DNA of 64,000 nucleotides from Deltaproteobacteria bacterium (GTDB taxonomy: Bacteria; Desulfobacterota_D; UBA1144; Nemesobacterales; CSP1-2). The stretch is from contig JBQTHB010000007.1 of NCBI GenBank assembly GCA_052390235.1, forward strand, positions 77,185 through 141,184. Direction: 5' to 3'. Positions 1-8,793 of the stretch are shown piece by piece; positions within the stretch are counted from its first letter, which is position 1; each line of letters opens with the position of its first letter. The notes under the pieces were generated by a model that saw only the letters and a program-made list of their open reading frames with translations, had not been told where the DNA came from and did not search any database. The translations under genes were made by a program, and so were the position numbers.

Positions 1-8
1 TATGAAAA

Positions 9-1391
9 ATGTCGAGCCGCAGGGGTAGTGCTATGAATAGCGGCGCCGCGCTTACTCGAAGGGCAATAATTTGGTTCAGAAGGGATTTGAGGGTTCAGGA
101 CAACTCCGCCCTCTGCCGCGCCGTGCGCGAGTGCGCCGAGGTGATTCCGCTTTTCATCCTCGACGACGATATAGTTCAGACTCTGCCGCCGAAGAGCAAA
201 CGCCTTAGATTCGTACTTGACGCGCTTGAAAATCTCGATGCCGAACTCAGGGCGCTGGGTTCATATCTGATTGTTCTGAGGGGCCGCCCCGCTGAAATCC
301 TCCCCAATCTCCTCCGCAAATACGCAGTTGCCGCCCTGTATGTGAATGAATCCAACACCCGCCAAGGGCTGAGCCGAGACGCCGCCATCGCATCAATCTG
401 CAGGAGCGTGGGTGTCCAGTTCAACTCCTCGGACGACGCGCTCATTGTCCCGCTTGAGGCCGTGCCGGCGAGGAAGGTGTTCACCCCATTCTACAGGCTC
501 TGGCTTGCGGCTCTCGAAAATAGGGATTTGCCCGCCGTCCGCGCTATTGAATCTCCACGCATCGAAATTGAGCATATATCGAAACTTCGGGAGGGCTTGA
601 GCTATTCGGATGACAATCTGTGGCGGATGGATTTTCCCCGCGCGCGGCTTCTCGATTTTGATTTCTGCCGCTACGGGGATGTGAGAAATTTCCCCGCCGT
701 GGACGGGACATCGCGCTTATCACCCTATATTCGCTTCGGAGTGGTATCGGCTAGGGAAATTTATAGAGCCGCATCTTCCCTTCCCGGCGATGCTGGGGTC
801 TATGTGTCGGAGCTTGCGTGGAGGGAGTTTTGGTATCACATCATGCGGCGCTTCCCGGAAACGGAAAAGCTCGAATTCCAAGAGAAGAGGCGCGGCATCG
901 CATGGCTGAACAACGAGGCGCACTTCGAGGCGTGGAAGGAGGGCAGGACGGGCTATCCGATAGTTGACGCCGGGATGCGGCAACTCCTAGCGGAGGGCTG
1001 GATTCATAACAGGGTTAGGATGATTGTCGCATCGTTCCTGACTAAGGACCTGCTCATTGATTGGCGCTGGGGGGACAGGCATTTCTTTGACCACCTAGTT
1101 GACTACGACGAGACGGTTGACATTGGCAATTGGCAGTGGGCGGCGTCCGTCGGGGCAGACCCCAAACCGCTTAGGATATTTAATCCGATGCTGCAGTCCG
1201 AGAAATTTGACCCTGAATGCCGGTATATAAAAAAATATGTGCCGGAGCTGCGGCGCTCTGAGCCTCGGCACATACACTCCCCGCTCGATTTCGACCTTCC
1301 CTATGTTCAGCCCATAGTGAACCACTTTGAGATGAGCCGCGTAGCCAAGGAGCTATATGCAAAATCGGAGCGCGGATTCTCTGATGTTTAG
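9..1391 (+). CDS. phrB: Deoxyribodipyrimidine photolyase (photolyase/cryptochrome family)
   Basis: N-terminal WFRRDLRVQDN, TSRLSPYIRFG, ELAWREF, GRTGYPIVDAGMRQL and WIHNRVRMIVASFLTKDL FAD-binding motifs; start could be ATG at 33. Confidence 0.95.
   Translation: MSSRRGSAMNSGAALTRRAIIWFRRDLRVQDNSALCRAVRECAEVIPLFILDDDIVQTLPPKSKRLRFVLDALENLDAELRALGSYLIVLRGRPAEILPNLLRKYAVAALYVNESNTRQGLSRDAAIASICRSVGVQFNSSDDALIVPLEAVPARKVFTPFYRLWLAALENRDLPAVRAIESPRIEIEHISKLREGLSYSDDNLWRMDFPRARLLDFDFCRYGDVRNFPAVDGTSRLSPYIRFGVVSAREIYRAASSLPGDAGVYVSELAWREFWYHIMRRFPETEKLEFQEKRRGIAWLNNEAHFEAWKEGRTGYPIVDAGMRQLLAEGWIHNRVRMIVASFLTKDLLIDWRWGDRHFFDHLVDYDETVDIGNWQWAASVGADPKPLRIFNPMLQSEKFDPECRYIKKYVPELRRSEPRHIHSPLDFDLPYVQPIVNHFEMSRVAKELYAKSERGFSDV
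162..239 (+). repeat. 78-bp segment of phrB duplicated at 42457-42534
   Basis: Ungapped by-eye alignment, 71/78 identical, same orientation. Confidence 0.9.
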
Positions 1392-1406
1392 GGCTGTTGG
1401 AGCCGC

Positions 1407-2087
1407 TCACTTCACGCCCGTGTAAATTATGACCGTGCCGAGGGTAAGCTCCACTGATTTACAGTCGCGAAGTCCCGCCTCGCGCATGAGCGCTATAAAC
1501 GCCTCTCTCTGCGGGAATTTCGGTATTGACTCCGCTAAATAGTCGTATTCCTCGCGCGTTCCGAAAATTGAGCCTATAAGCGGCATAACGTTCTTCAGAT
1601 AAAACATATAGGCAGGGCTAAGAACAGGGGTATTCGGCACGGCAAACTCCAGAATGCCGACTTTCCCCCCCGATGTCAATGCGCGCCTCATCTCCCTCAG
1701 CGATGCGAGCGGGTCAACCGTATTCCTGATGCCGAACGCTATTGTTACGGCATCGAACGAGCCGCCCTCAAACGGCAGACCCTCGGCTACTCCCAAAATT
1801 AGCCTCATCCGCTCCCTCATTCCAAAGGAATCGAGTTTTCGCCCCGCAATCTCAAGCATCGCCTCGCTGGGGTCAATTCCCGTTGCCACGGACCTGGGAT
1901 TTCGCCTCAAATACTCAATTGCCACTTCAGCCGTCCCCGTAGCAATATCGAGGAGATTGCCGCCATCCGCCCCGATTTCTCGGATGAGCCTGCGGCGCCA
2001 CGACTTGTCAATTCCTAGGCTGAAGAGCGAATTTAGCCTGTCATAGTTCTTTGCCACTCGGTTAAAAAGGGATTTGGTCTCAGGCAT
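1407..2087 (-). CDS. menG: Demethylmenaquinone/ubiquinone methyltransferase (UbiE/MenG)
   Basis: LFNRVAKNYDRLNSLFSLGIDKSWR, LDIATGTAE SAM motif, VTIAFGIRN, YDYLAESI. Confidence 0.9.
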   Translation of the reverse strand: MPETKSLFNRVAKNYDRLNSLFSLGIDKSWRRRLIREIGADGGNLLDIATGTAEVAIEYLRRNPRSVATGIDPSEAMLEIAGRKLDSFGMRERMRLILGVAEGLPFEGGSFDAVTIAFGIRNTVDPLASLREMRRALTSGGKVGILEFAVPNTPVLSPAYMFYLKNVMPLIGSIFGTREEYDYLAESIPKFPQREAFIALMREAGLRDCKSVELTLGTVIIYTGVK

Positions 2088-2122
2088 TTGCGTACAGTCC
2101 TCTTCGGGTTTGGCTGATGGTG

Positions 2123-3028
2123 TTAAAGCCGCTTCTCGATGGATTGGATAATTTTACTCATCTGCCTCGATTTATTAAGCACGTAGAAATGAATCCCTGG
2201 CGCGCCCATTTCGAGTAGCCCTAGGGCTTGGCTGATGCACCGGCGCACTCCAATTTCGCCTGCCGCCTCGTCGTTGTCGTTAGCGGCTTCGAGTTCGCTC
2301 TGCAAATCAGCCGGAATGGACGCCCCGCAGAGCGATGCGATGCGCTGGATTTGTTTCGCCGAGAGTATGGGCATGAGTCCCGGCACGACGGGGTTTGTGA
2401 TTCCAGCCGCTCTCACGCGCTTGACGAAGTCAGAATAGAGGGCGTTATCGAAAAAAAGCTGGGTGATGATAACATCCGCTCCGGCGGCGACCTTGCGCCT
2501 GAGGTTGTCAATATCGGCGTCAAAACTCGCGGCTTCGATGTGTTTTTCCGGGTATCCGGCGACGGCGATTCCGAATGCGCCATCTCCGAGGCTTCCCTCA
2601 AATTTCCTAATGGCGCGGACTAAATCCGAGGCGTAGGCGTATCCCCCGTCGGCGGGTATGAAGGTCGTCTCTCCTGCCGGCGGGTCTCCTCTAAGGGCTA
2701 TGATGTTGCGTATCCCGAGGCTCTTGATTTTGACGAGCGTGCGCGTTATTTCGCTCTCCGACGAGCCGACGCAGGTGAGGTGGCACGCCGTCTCGATATT
2801 GAAATTTTCCTTAATATAGGATGCGATATCGAGCGTTTTTACCTGAGTTGAACCCATTGCCCCGTAGGTTACGGTTATAAAATCTGGCATTAGCCCGATG
2901 AGCTCTGGCAGTTCCTTTTTAAGGCTCGCCATGCCCGCCTCGGTTTTGGGAGGGAAAAGCTCAAAGGAGATTACTGGTTTTTTATTCTCGGAGTTGATAA
3001 AAAATTCGCTCAGTAGCATGGCTTTCAA
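2123..3028 (-). CDS. metF: 5,10-methylenetetrahydrofolate reductase
   Basis: SFELFPPKT, TVTYGAMGS, HLTC, ALRGDPP, AGYPEKH, ITQLFFD, HFYVLN. Confidence 0.95.
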   Translation of the reverse strand: MKAMLLSEFFINSENKKPVISFELFPPKTEAGMASLKKELPELIGLMPDFITVTYGAMGSTQVKTLDIASYIKENFNIETACHLTCVGSSESEITRTLVKIKSLGIRNIIALRGDPPAGETTFIPADGGYAYASDLVRAIRKFEGSLGDGAFGIAVAGYPEKHIEAASFDADIDNLRRKVAAGADVIITQLFFDNALYSDFVKRVRAAGITNPVVPGLMPILSAKQIQRIASLCGASIPADLQSELEAANDNDEAAGEIGVRRCISQALGLLEMGAPGIHFYVLNKSRQMSKIIQSIEKRL

Positions 3029-3189
3029 TTTCGACGTTTATGTTACTTAATTCGCCCGTTTGATGCAAGCGACGACTGTTGATGTGGCAGGGGCGCGATA
3101 AATCCTCTTTTTAGTAGAGCGGGGAGGGGGCGCAGATACGCAATCGCTCGCTCTGGCGGTTATATGATATTAATATAATTTCCCACCCC

Positions 3190-3233
3190 TTGACAATCTA
3201 TTCGCCCATTATATAATATTGATAATCAATATC
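3190..3233 (+). promoter_or_regulatory. sigma70 promoter overlapped by a Fur box
   Basis: TTGACA 3190-3195, 16-bp spacer, TATAAT 3212-3217; AATATTGATAATCAATATC 3215-3233 matches GATAATGATAATCATTATC at 16/19 and contains a perfect 8-1-8 palindrome ATATTGAT-A-ATCAATAT. Confidence 0.85.
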
Positions 3234-3330
3234 AGCAACAGTGAGTTTGGTTCAATTTCATTAGACGGAAGCAGGGCAGGCTCTATTTACTCTCCTCTCT
3301 TAACTACCGACTGCCCTGCTTCCACTTTTC
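3224..3330 (+). ncRNA. Candidate Fur-repressed small RNA (boundaries approximate)
   Basis: No ORF; follows the Fur-boxed promoter; perfect 13-bp stem GGAAGCAGGGCAG 3267-3279 / CTGCCCTGCTTCC 3311-3323 with a 31-nt CU-rich loop, followed by ACTTTTC. Confidence 0.6.
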
Positions 3331-3379
3331 GATTCCCGCTTGATTCCCGACAAAAATCAACCGATATTATTAGGCGTAC

Positions 3380-4387
3380 ATGGCGCCAATCCTCTTAATT
3401 CTCGCCTCAATATTATTTTCTGCCCAAAAGCCGTTTCTGGTCGAGAGGGCTTTTTTCGCCATGGGGTCGGCTATTGAATTTAAGGTCTATTGCGGCGAGA
3501 TGCGAGAGGTCTGCAACGAGAAAATATTCAAGTCATACCTGGAGGTCAAACGCCTCGACGATATTCTCAGCAACTATAAGCCAGATAGCGCCCTGTCTCG
3601 CCTCAACTCCCGCGCCGGCATGGGGAAAACCCCGGCGCCGAAGGAGCTATTCGATATTGCCAGCCGCTCGTTGCATTTCTCTGAACTCACGGACGGGGCT
3701 TTCGACATATCAGTAGGAAAGCTCGTGGATCTGTGGAAGGAGGCGGCAAGGGCGAAGAAAATCCCCGAGAGAAAATTAATTAAAGATACCGCGTCAAATT
3801 GCGTCGGCAATAGACACATTAAGCTCTATCCCGATACGCTAGAGATTGAGACGACCTCTGATTGTCTGCTCATTGATTTCGGGGGCATCGGCAAGGGATA
3901 CGCCGTTGACAGAGCCATAGAATCGCTAAAATCCCAGGGGATTCGCTCGGCTCTTGTGAATTTCAGCGGAAATATCTACGCCCTCGGCGCGCCTCACGAG
4001 GAGCCAGCATGGGTGGTAGGGGTAAAGCATCCGACGAAAGTGGGAGAATTTCTCGCCTTCATCGCTATTCGAGACGCAGGGGTTTCAACTTCCGGCGACT
4101 ACGAGCGCTACAGCTTAATCGAGGGAAAGCGCCACTCTCATATCATTGACCCAAGAACGGGCGCTCCTGTGGAGTCCATCCCGTCGGTAACCGTTGTATC
4201 CAAGAGCGCGACTGATGCGGATGCCCTGTCAACGGCGTTTTCGGTCATGGGGGAGTCCGGCGCGCGCGGTGTTTTGAGGAAATTCTCGGATACGGGAGCG
4301 ATGATTATAACGCGGCAGAGGGGCGGAGCGCTCAAGGTATATGAGAGCGAATTATTTAAGTCTCTGCGGGTTTCAGGGCGGGACTAG
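3380..4387 (+). CDS. apbE: FAD:protein FMN transferase (ApbE family)
   Basis: AMGS, LSNYKPDSALSRLN, TDGAFDISVG, IDFGGIGKGYAVD, STSGDYER, HIIDPRTG, ADALSTA; hydrophobic N-terminus. Confidence 0.95.
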   Translation: MAPILLILASILFSAQKPFLVERAFFAMGSAIEFKVYCGEMREVCNEKIFKSYLEVKRLDDILSNYKPDSALSRLNSRAGMGKTPAPKELFDIASRSLHFSELTDGAFDISVGKLVDLWKEAARAKKIPERKLIKDTASNCVGNRHIKLYPDTLEIETTSDCLLIDFGGIGKGYAVDRAIESLKSQGIRSALVNFSGNIYALGAPHEEPAWVVGVKHPTKVGEFLAFIAIRDAGVSTSGDYERYSLIEGKRHSHIIDPRTGAPVESIPSVTVVSKSATDADALSTAFSVMGESGARGVLRKFSDTGAMIITRQRGGALKVYESELFKSLRVSGRD

Positions 4388-4504
4388 GCGATATGCGCGC
4401 TGTAGAGTGGAGGGGCGGTCATTTCTCATTATAGAGGCGTTTCATGGCTAAATTCTGCTAAGCCGCAATTTTGAATATGGCATTCAAAAAATGCCGATAT
4501 ATTC

Positions 4505-4550
4505 TTGACATGGAGTGCTATCTCCTGATATGATATTGATATTGATTATC
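4505..4550 (+). promoter_or_regulatory. sigma70 promoter with Fur box upstream of the porin gene
   Basis: TTGACA 4505-4510, TGn-extended TATGAT 4529-4534; GATATTGATATTGATTATC 4532-4550 is 16/19 to the Fur consensus; AGGAGG RBS before ATG 4579. Confidence 0.85.
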
Positions 4551-4578
4551 AGTAAATATCAAAGGAGGAAGCAGAGAG

Positions 4579-5952
4579 ATGATAAACACAAGTAAGGTGT
4601 TACTTGCGTTTCTTTTGGTTGCGCTGTGCGCGGCGCCTATAGCTACGGTTTATGCCCAAGAGACCAGCCAGGAGAAGAGAATTCAAGACTTGGAGACCAA
4701 ACTCAGGGGCGTTACCGACGAGCTTCAGAAACTAAAATCCGACGGAATGCCCGATGACCGCCTCAAATCCATCGAGGATAAGATTCAAGTCCTAGCCGAT
4801 GAGATTGAAAATATTAAATCCGCCTCAGTTGTCCAGGAGCCTACCTACCAGGAGGCTTTCGGTCTCGCTCCGGCGGCATCGAAGGTCTATTTTGTGGGCA
4901 AGGGGCTTTCCTTGGGCGGATACGGCGAGCTTGCCGTTACTGAATTCAGGGAGGACAGCGACAATGTGATTGACGCGCTTCGAGTGATTCTGTACGCCGG
5001 ATACAAGTTTACGGATAGAATTGTATTCAACTCCGAAATTGAATTTGAACACGGCACAACCGGGACCAACCGGGACGGGCAGTCGGGTTCAGTATCGGTA
5101 GAATTTGCGACGCTCGATTTTTTCATCACCGACTATTTTAACCTCAGGGGAGGGCTAGTGCTCGTTCCCTTTGGCACTATAAACGAGGTGCATGAGCCGA
5201 CGACCTTCTTCGGAGTGCTGAGACCAGAGGTCGAAAGACTCATCATCCCCTCCACTTGGAGAGAGAACGGCGCGGGGATATTTGGCGAGATTGCCGGTCT
5301 GGATTACAGGGTTTACGTCATAAACAGCTTTGATTCCAGAGGATTCAGGGCGAATGAGAACAGGGGCGCGAGAACCAGCGGCAACAGGGGCAGAATCAAC
5401 GACCCGGCGGCTGTGGGAAGGGTTGAATATGACCCGTTCCCCGGGCTTAGATTCGGAGGCTCGTTCTTCATCGGTCAGACAGGGCAGAACGAGAGCGCGA
5501 ACGGCGAAAAAATAGATGGGCTTTTCCAGATGTACGAAGCCGACGTTCAGTTCCAGTGGGCTGGGCTTGAGACAAAGGTGCTCTTTGTGTACTCGTTCCT
5601 CGACGACGCGGATTTAATCAACATCAATAACGGGCTTGAAGGAAACGCCTCTATAGGTGAGGAGCAGTACGGATTCTACGTCGAAGCCGGATACAATCTA
5701 CTTTCTCTGGCAGATTTCGGTTCTTATTTTGAGTATCTTGCCCCGTTTGTGAGATATGAGAAATACGACACTCAGCGCGAGGTGCCGTCTGGATTCGAGA
5801 GAAATCCCGCGAACGACCGCGAGACCGTAACCGTGGGCGTCAACTATAAACCCATTAAAAACGTGGTCATAAAAGCTGATTACAGCTTCAGGGACAATGA
5901 AGCCGGCACGGCCACAGACGCGTTTAACTTAGGGCTTGGATATGTGTTCTAA
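4579..5952 (+). CDS. Outer-membrane beta-barrel porin with N-terminal coiled coil (OprO/P-like fold inferred)
   Basis: Signal peptide, coiled-coil segment, alternating amphipathic strands (LGGYGEL, FNSEIEFEHG), C-terminal aromatic BAM-type motif LGLGYVF. Confidence 0.75.
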   Translation: MINTSKVLLAFLLVALCAAPIATVYAQETSQEKRIQDLETKLRGVTDELQKLKSDGMPDDRLKSIEDKIQVLADEIENIKSASVVQEPTYQEAFGLAPAASKVYFVGKGLSLGGYGELAVTEFREDSDNVIDALRVILYAGYKFTDRIVFNSEIEFEHGTTGTNRDGQSGSVSVEFATLDFFITDYFNLRGGLVLVPFGTINEVHEPTTFFGVLRPEVERLIIPSTWRENGAGIFGEIAGLDYRVYVINSFDSRGFRANENRGARTSGNRGRINDPAAVGRVEYDPFPGLRFGGSFFIGQTGQNESANGEKIDGLFQMYEADVQFQWAGLETKVLFVYSFLDDADLININNGLEGNASIGEEQYGFYVEAGYNLLSLADFGSYFEYLAPFVRYEKYDTQREVPSGFERNPANDRETVTVGVNYKPIKNVVIKADYSFRDNEAGTATDAFNLGLGYVF

Positions 5953-5977
5953 ATCTGGTTAAATATCTTCCGACTTT

Positions 5978-6026
5978 AGTGGGGGGAGGGCAGGCGCATC
6001 CGTACACGGCGGCCTCTCCCCCCGCT
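5978..6026 (+). terminator. Intercistronic stem-loop after the porin gene (partial terminator or mRNA stabiliser)
   Basis: AGTGGGGGGAG 5978-5988 pairs with CTCCCCCCGCT 6016-6026 (one G-U); no clear U-tract. Confidence 0.5.
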
Positions 6027-6049
6027 CTATCAGTGAGCGTCAAAGTTCG

Positions 6050-6628
6050 ATGAAAACAAAATTGATTGCCGCGCTAACCCTTATTTTGAGCCTTTCCATC
6101 GCCGCCGAGTGTCTCGCTAAGGTCTATATGACGCGGGATGAGGCCCTTAAAGCCGCGTTTCCCGGCGCCGAGAGTATTGAAAAAACCACTGTGTTTCTGT
6201 CCGATGAGCAGATAAAACGCATTGAGTCCCTCGCTAGGGCGAAACTCACCTCTAAGCTCTACACTTTCTATGCCGGCGTTAAGGGCGGCGGCGCTCTCGG
6301 ATGGGCAGTAATTGACACTCATCTGCTCAGAACTACTACTGAAACTGTTATGATAGTGATAAATCCCGACGGCACAATGAGGCAGGCTGAGATATTGGCC
6401 TTTTTCGAGCCGGAGGACTATATGCCCAGCGGCAAGTGGATGGCTCTATTCAACGACAGGCGCATTGTCCTAGGCAACGATTCCGTGCGAGTAGGCAGGG
6501 GGATTCCCAATCTCACCGGCGCAACTATAACAACGAACGCCATGGTTGACGCCATAAGGCGGGTGATGGCTGTGTTTGAAGTCGCGCTAGCGCCGAAAGC
6601 CGATTTAGCCGGCAGGGGGCGGAATTGA
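6050..6628 (+). CDS. Secreted FMN-binding domain protein (predicted ApbE substrate)
   Basis: Signal peptide; NLTGATITTNA contains the [S/T]GA[S/T] flavinylation motif. Confidence 0.85.
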   Translation: MKTKLIAALTLILSLSIAAECLAKVYMTRDEALKAAFPGAESIEKTTVFLSDEQIKRIESLARAKLTSKLYTFYAGVKGGGALGWAVIDTHLLRTTTETVMIVINPDGTMRQAEILAFFEPEDYMPSGKWMALFNDRRIVLGNDSVRVGRGIPNLTGATITTNAMVDAIRRVMAVFEVALAPKADLAGRGRN

Positions 6629-6629
6629 T

Positions 6630-7127
6630 TTGAGGTTTTTCATATCGGGTGATATTCGCGCCAACAGCCTACTTAAGCTAATTATAGTATTTACGCTCGT
6701 GTTTTTTGTTTTTCTCTGGCTTACGAATCTCCTGCTATATCTTAGAATCGGCTTCAGCTACGATTCCATTGTGGATTACTACAGGGGCAACGAGGAGGCT
6801 TTTAGGCCTGCGAAAACCTATATCGGTCTGCTGGAGGAGGCGCATTTTCATTTCTTCTCAATGGCGGTGATTCTCGTAACCCTAAATCACCTGATACTGT
6901 TCGCGCCTATAGGGAATTTCTCAAAGCTCGTCCTCATCCTCGCGTCCTTCATATCGGCATTTGGAGACATTGCTGGGGGATGGCTCGTGCGCTACGTCGC
7001 GCCGGAGTTTGCGTGGCTAAAACTCGCATCCGTGATAACGCTTCAGGGCTCTCTTGCCGCGCTCCTGTGGGTGGTGTTTCGGTTTCTGTACTCGAAGCAA
7101 ACCGAAAGGCTGAAACGCGGCGCTTAA
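6630..7127 (+). CDS. Uncharacterised ~4-TM membrane protein with His72/His74/His87
   Basis: Four hydrophobic segments; LLEEAHFHFFSMAVILVTLNHL; TTG start 1 nt after the FMN-binding gene stop. Confidence 0.7.
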   Translation: MRFFISGDIRANSLLKLIIVFTLVFFVFLWLTNLLLYLRIGFSYDSIVDYYRGNEEAFRPAKTYIGLLEEAHFHFFSMAVILVTLNHLILFAPIGNFSKLVLILASFISAFGDIAGGWLVRYVAPEFAWLKLASVITLQGSLAALLWVVFRFLYSKQTERLKRGA

Positions 7128-8788
7128 TATTTGCCCGATTTGATAATTGAAAATACAATCCAAATCCCTGTGAGAGCGGCGAAGAGTATCCCCGCTACAC
7201 CGAAAAATGTCCCCGCGCCAGACTCCGTAAACGCAATCAGCGCAGTGGATAAAATCGCCCCAAGAGATGCCAGAAGGGTCAGTATCAGGCGGTTAGCAAT
7301 TCTCTCCCATGAGTGAGACCCCCCTCCCGCTTCCTTTGAGCCGTCCTCCACCTGCACTTTGAATTTCCCGCTCTCGAGACTATCGAGAACGTTTTTAATC
7401 TGTGGCGGGGCATCTTGGATGAAGCTCGAAATTTTTACAAACCCCTCGGCGATGTCCCTTGAAACGCGGCTGAACTCGAATCTGCTCTTGAATATCTCGA
7501 CAAGGCGCTGATGAGATTCTCTGAAAATGTTAATTTCCGGGTCAAGCCCCTTGCCCACGCCCTCCATCGTGATGAGCGCCTTGCAGATGAGCGCGTAATC
7601 GTAGGGGATTTTTATCCTGTGCCTGAGCGCGCCGCTGAAAATATCCCTCAAAAAAGCCCCAAGTTCCATGTACTTGAGCGGCTTGCCAAAATGCCTCTCG
7701 CAGATGTCAACCACGTCTGAACGGAACTCGGCCATGTCCACTTCCCGCTCTTTTATGCCGATTTTATAGAATGACTCCGCCACCTCCTCGAAATCCTCTC
7801 TGATAATTGCGAGCAGGAGCATCAGCATCTTCTCCCTTACCCCTTCGCTCACCCTGCCGGCAAGCCCTAGGTCGAGATAGACTATTCTGCCCTCCGCCGT
7901 TACGAACACATTGCCCGGATGAGGGTCGGCGTGGAAGAATCCGTCGCGGAATATCATCTGAATTACGGCGTCGAGTCCGCGTCTGGCGAGGAGAGCGGGG
8001 TCGTGTCCGGCTTTGGGGGCGTCTGTGATTTTGACCCCTTCGATAAATTCCATGGTGAGGACGCTCCTGCTGGAGAATTCCCCGTAAACCGCTGGGAAAT
8101 ATACCTCGGCGCTTGCGCTAAAATTCCTTCTGAACCTCTCGGCGTTGGCGGCTTCTATAGTAAAATCAAGCTCCCTCCCGATGGCGCGCTCAAACTCCCT
8201 TACGACCTTGCTTGGGCTAAAGTGCGCTGCCTCGGCAATGCTCCCCTCGGCGAGTTTTGCCATGAGGTACATGAGGCTTATATCAGCGTCAATTACGCGC
8301 TTTATTCCGGGGCGCTGGATTTTGACCGCAACCCGCGAGCCGTCCTTAAGCTCTGCGCTGTGAACCTGAGCGAGCGAGGCTGAAGCCACGGGGAGGGGGT
8401 CGAAGCGGGCGAATATATCATCAATACTGGCATGAAGCTCGCCTTCTACCTGTCCTCTCGCCTCGTCGAATGAGAAGGGAGAGACGCAGTCCTGGAGCTT
8501 TGAAAACTCCTCGGCATAGTCCGGCGGTATAAGCTCGGGGCGAGTGCTGAGGATTTGACCGAGCTTTATGAACGTGGGCCCAAGCTCTTCAAGGGAGCGT
8601 CTGAGGCGCTCAGGCTTAGACACCGCCCCGCCGCTTTTGGGTTCGGGGATTGCCGATTCCGAGAAAAGCGACTCCCTTAAGCCGAGCGAGTCAATCAGGT
8701 GTCCGTAGCCGTACTTTGCCAAAACCGAGAATATCTGCCTTAGCCTTTTGGTGTCTTTGATTATCCCAAGCGAGAGATTGCCGTTCAA
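7124..8788 (-). CDS. UbiB/ABC1 atypical kinase family protein
   Basis: LGPTFIKLGQILSTRP, ASASLAQVH, VAVKIQRP, FFHADPHPGN, YLDLG; C-terminal TM helices. Confidence 0.9.
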   Translation of the reverse strand: MNGNLSLGIIKDTKRLRQIFSVLAKYGYGHLIDSLGLRESLFSESAIPEPKSGGAVSKPERLRRSLEELGPTFIKLGQILSTRPELIPPDYAEEFSKLQDCVSPFSFDEARGQVEGELHASIDDIFARFDPLPVASASLAQVHSAELKDGSRVAVKIQRPGIKRVIDADISLMYLMAKLAEGSIAEAAHFSPSKVVREFERAIGRELDFTIEAANAERFRRNFSASAEVYFPAVYGEFSSRSVLTMEFIEGVKITDAPKAGHDPALLARRGLDAVIQMIFRDGFFHADPHPGNVFVTAEGRIVYLDLGLAGRVSEGVREKMLMLLLAIIREDFEEVAESFYKIGIKEREVDMAEFRSDVVDICERHFGKPLKYMELGAFLRDIFSGALRHRIKIPYDYALICKALITMEGVGKGLDPEINIFRESHQRLVEIFKSRFEFSRVSRDIAEGFVKISSFIQDAPPQIKNVLDSLESGKFKVQVEDGSKEAGGGSHSWERIANRLILTLLASLGAILSTALIAFTESGAGTFFGVAGILFAALTGIWIVFSIIKSGKY

Positions 8789-8793
8789 AATTT

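Noticed and set aside
3029..3180. SAM riboswitch upstream of metF
   Set aside because: No SAM-I/II consensus recognised; a TTGCAT-17-TAACAT promoter lies only ~11 nt before the start, leaving no room for one
3340..3360. TTGATT...AATCAA as an FNR site
   Set aside because: Half-sites are 11 nt apart rather than the 4 nt of TTGAT-N4-ATCAA
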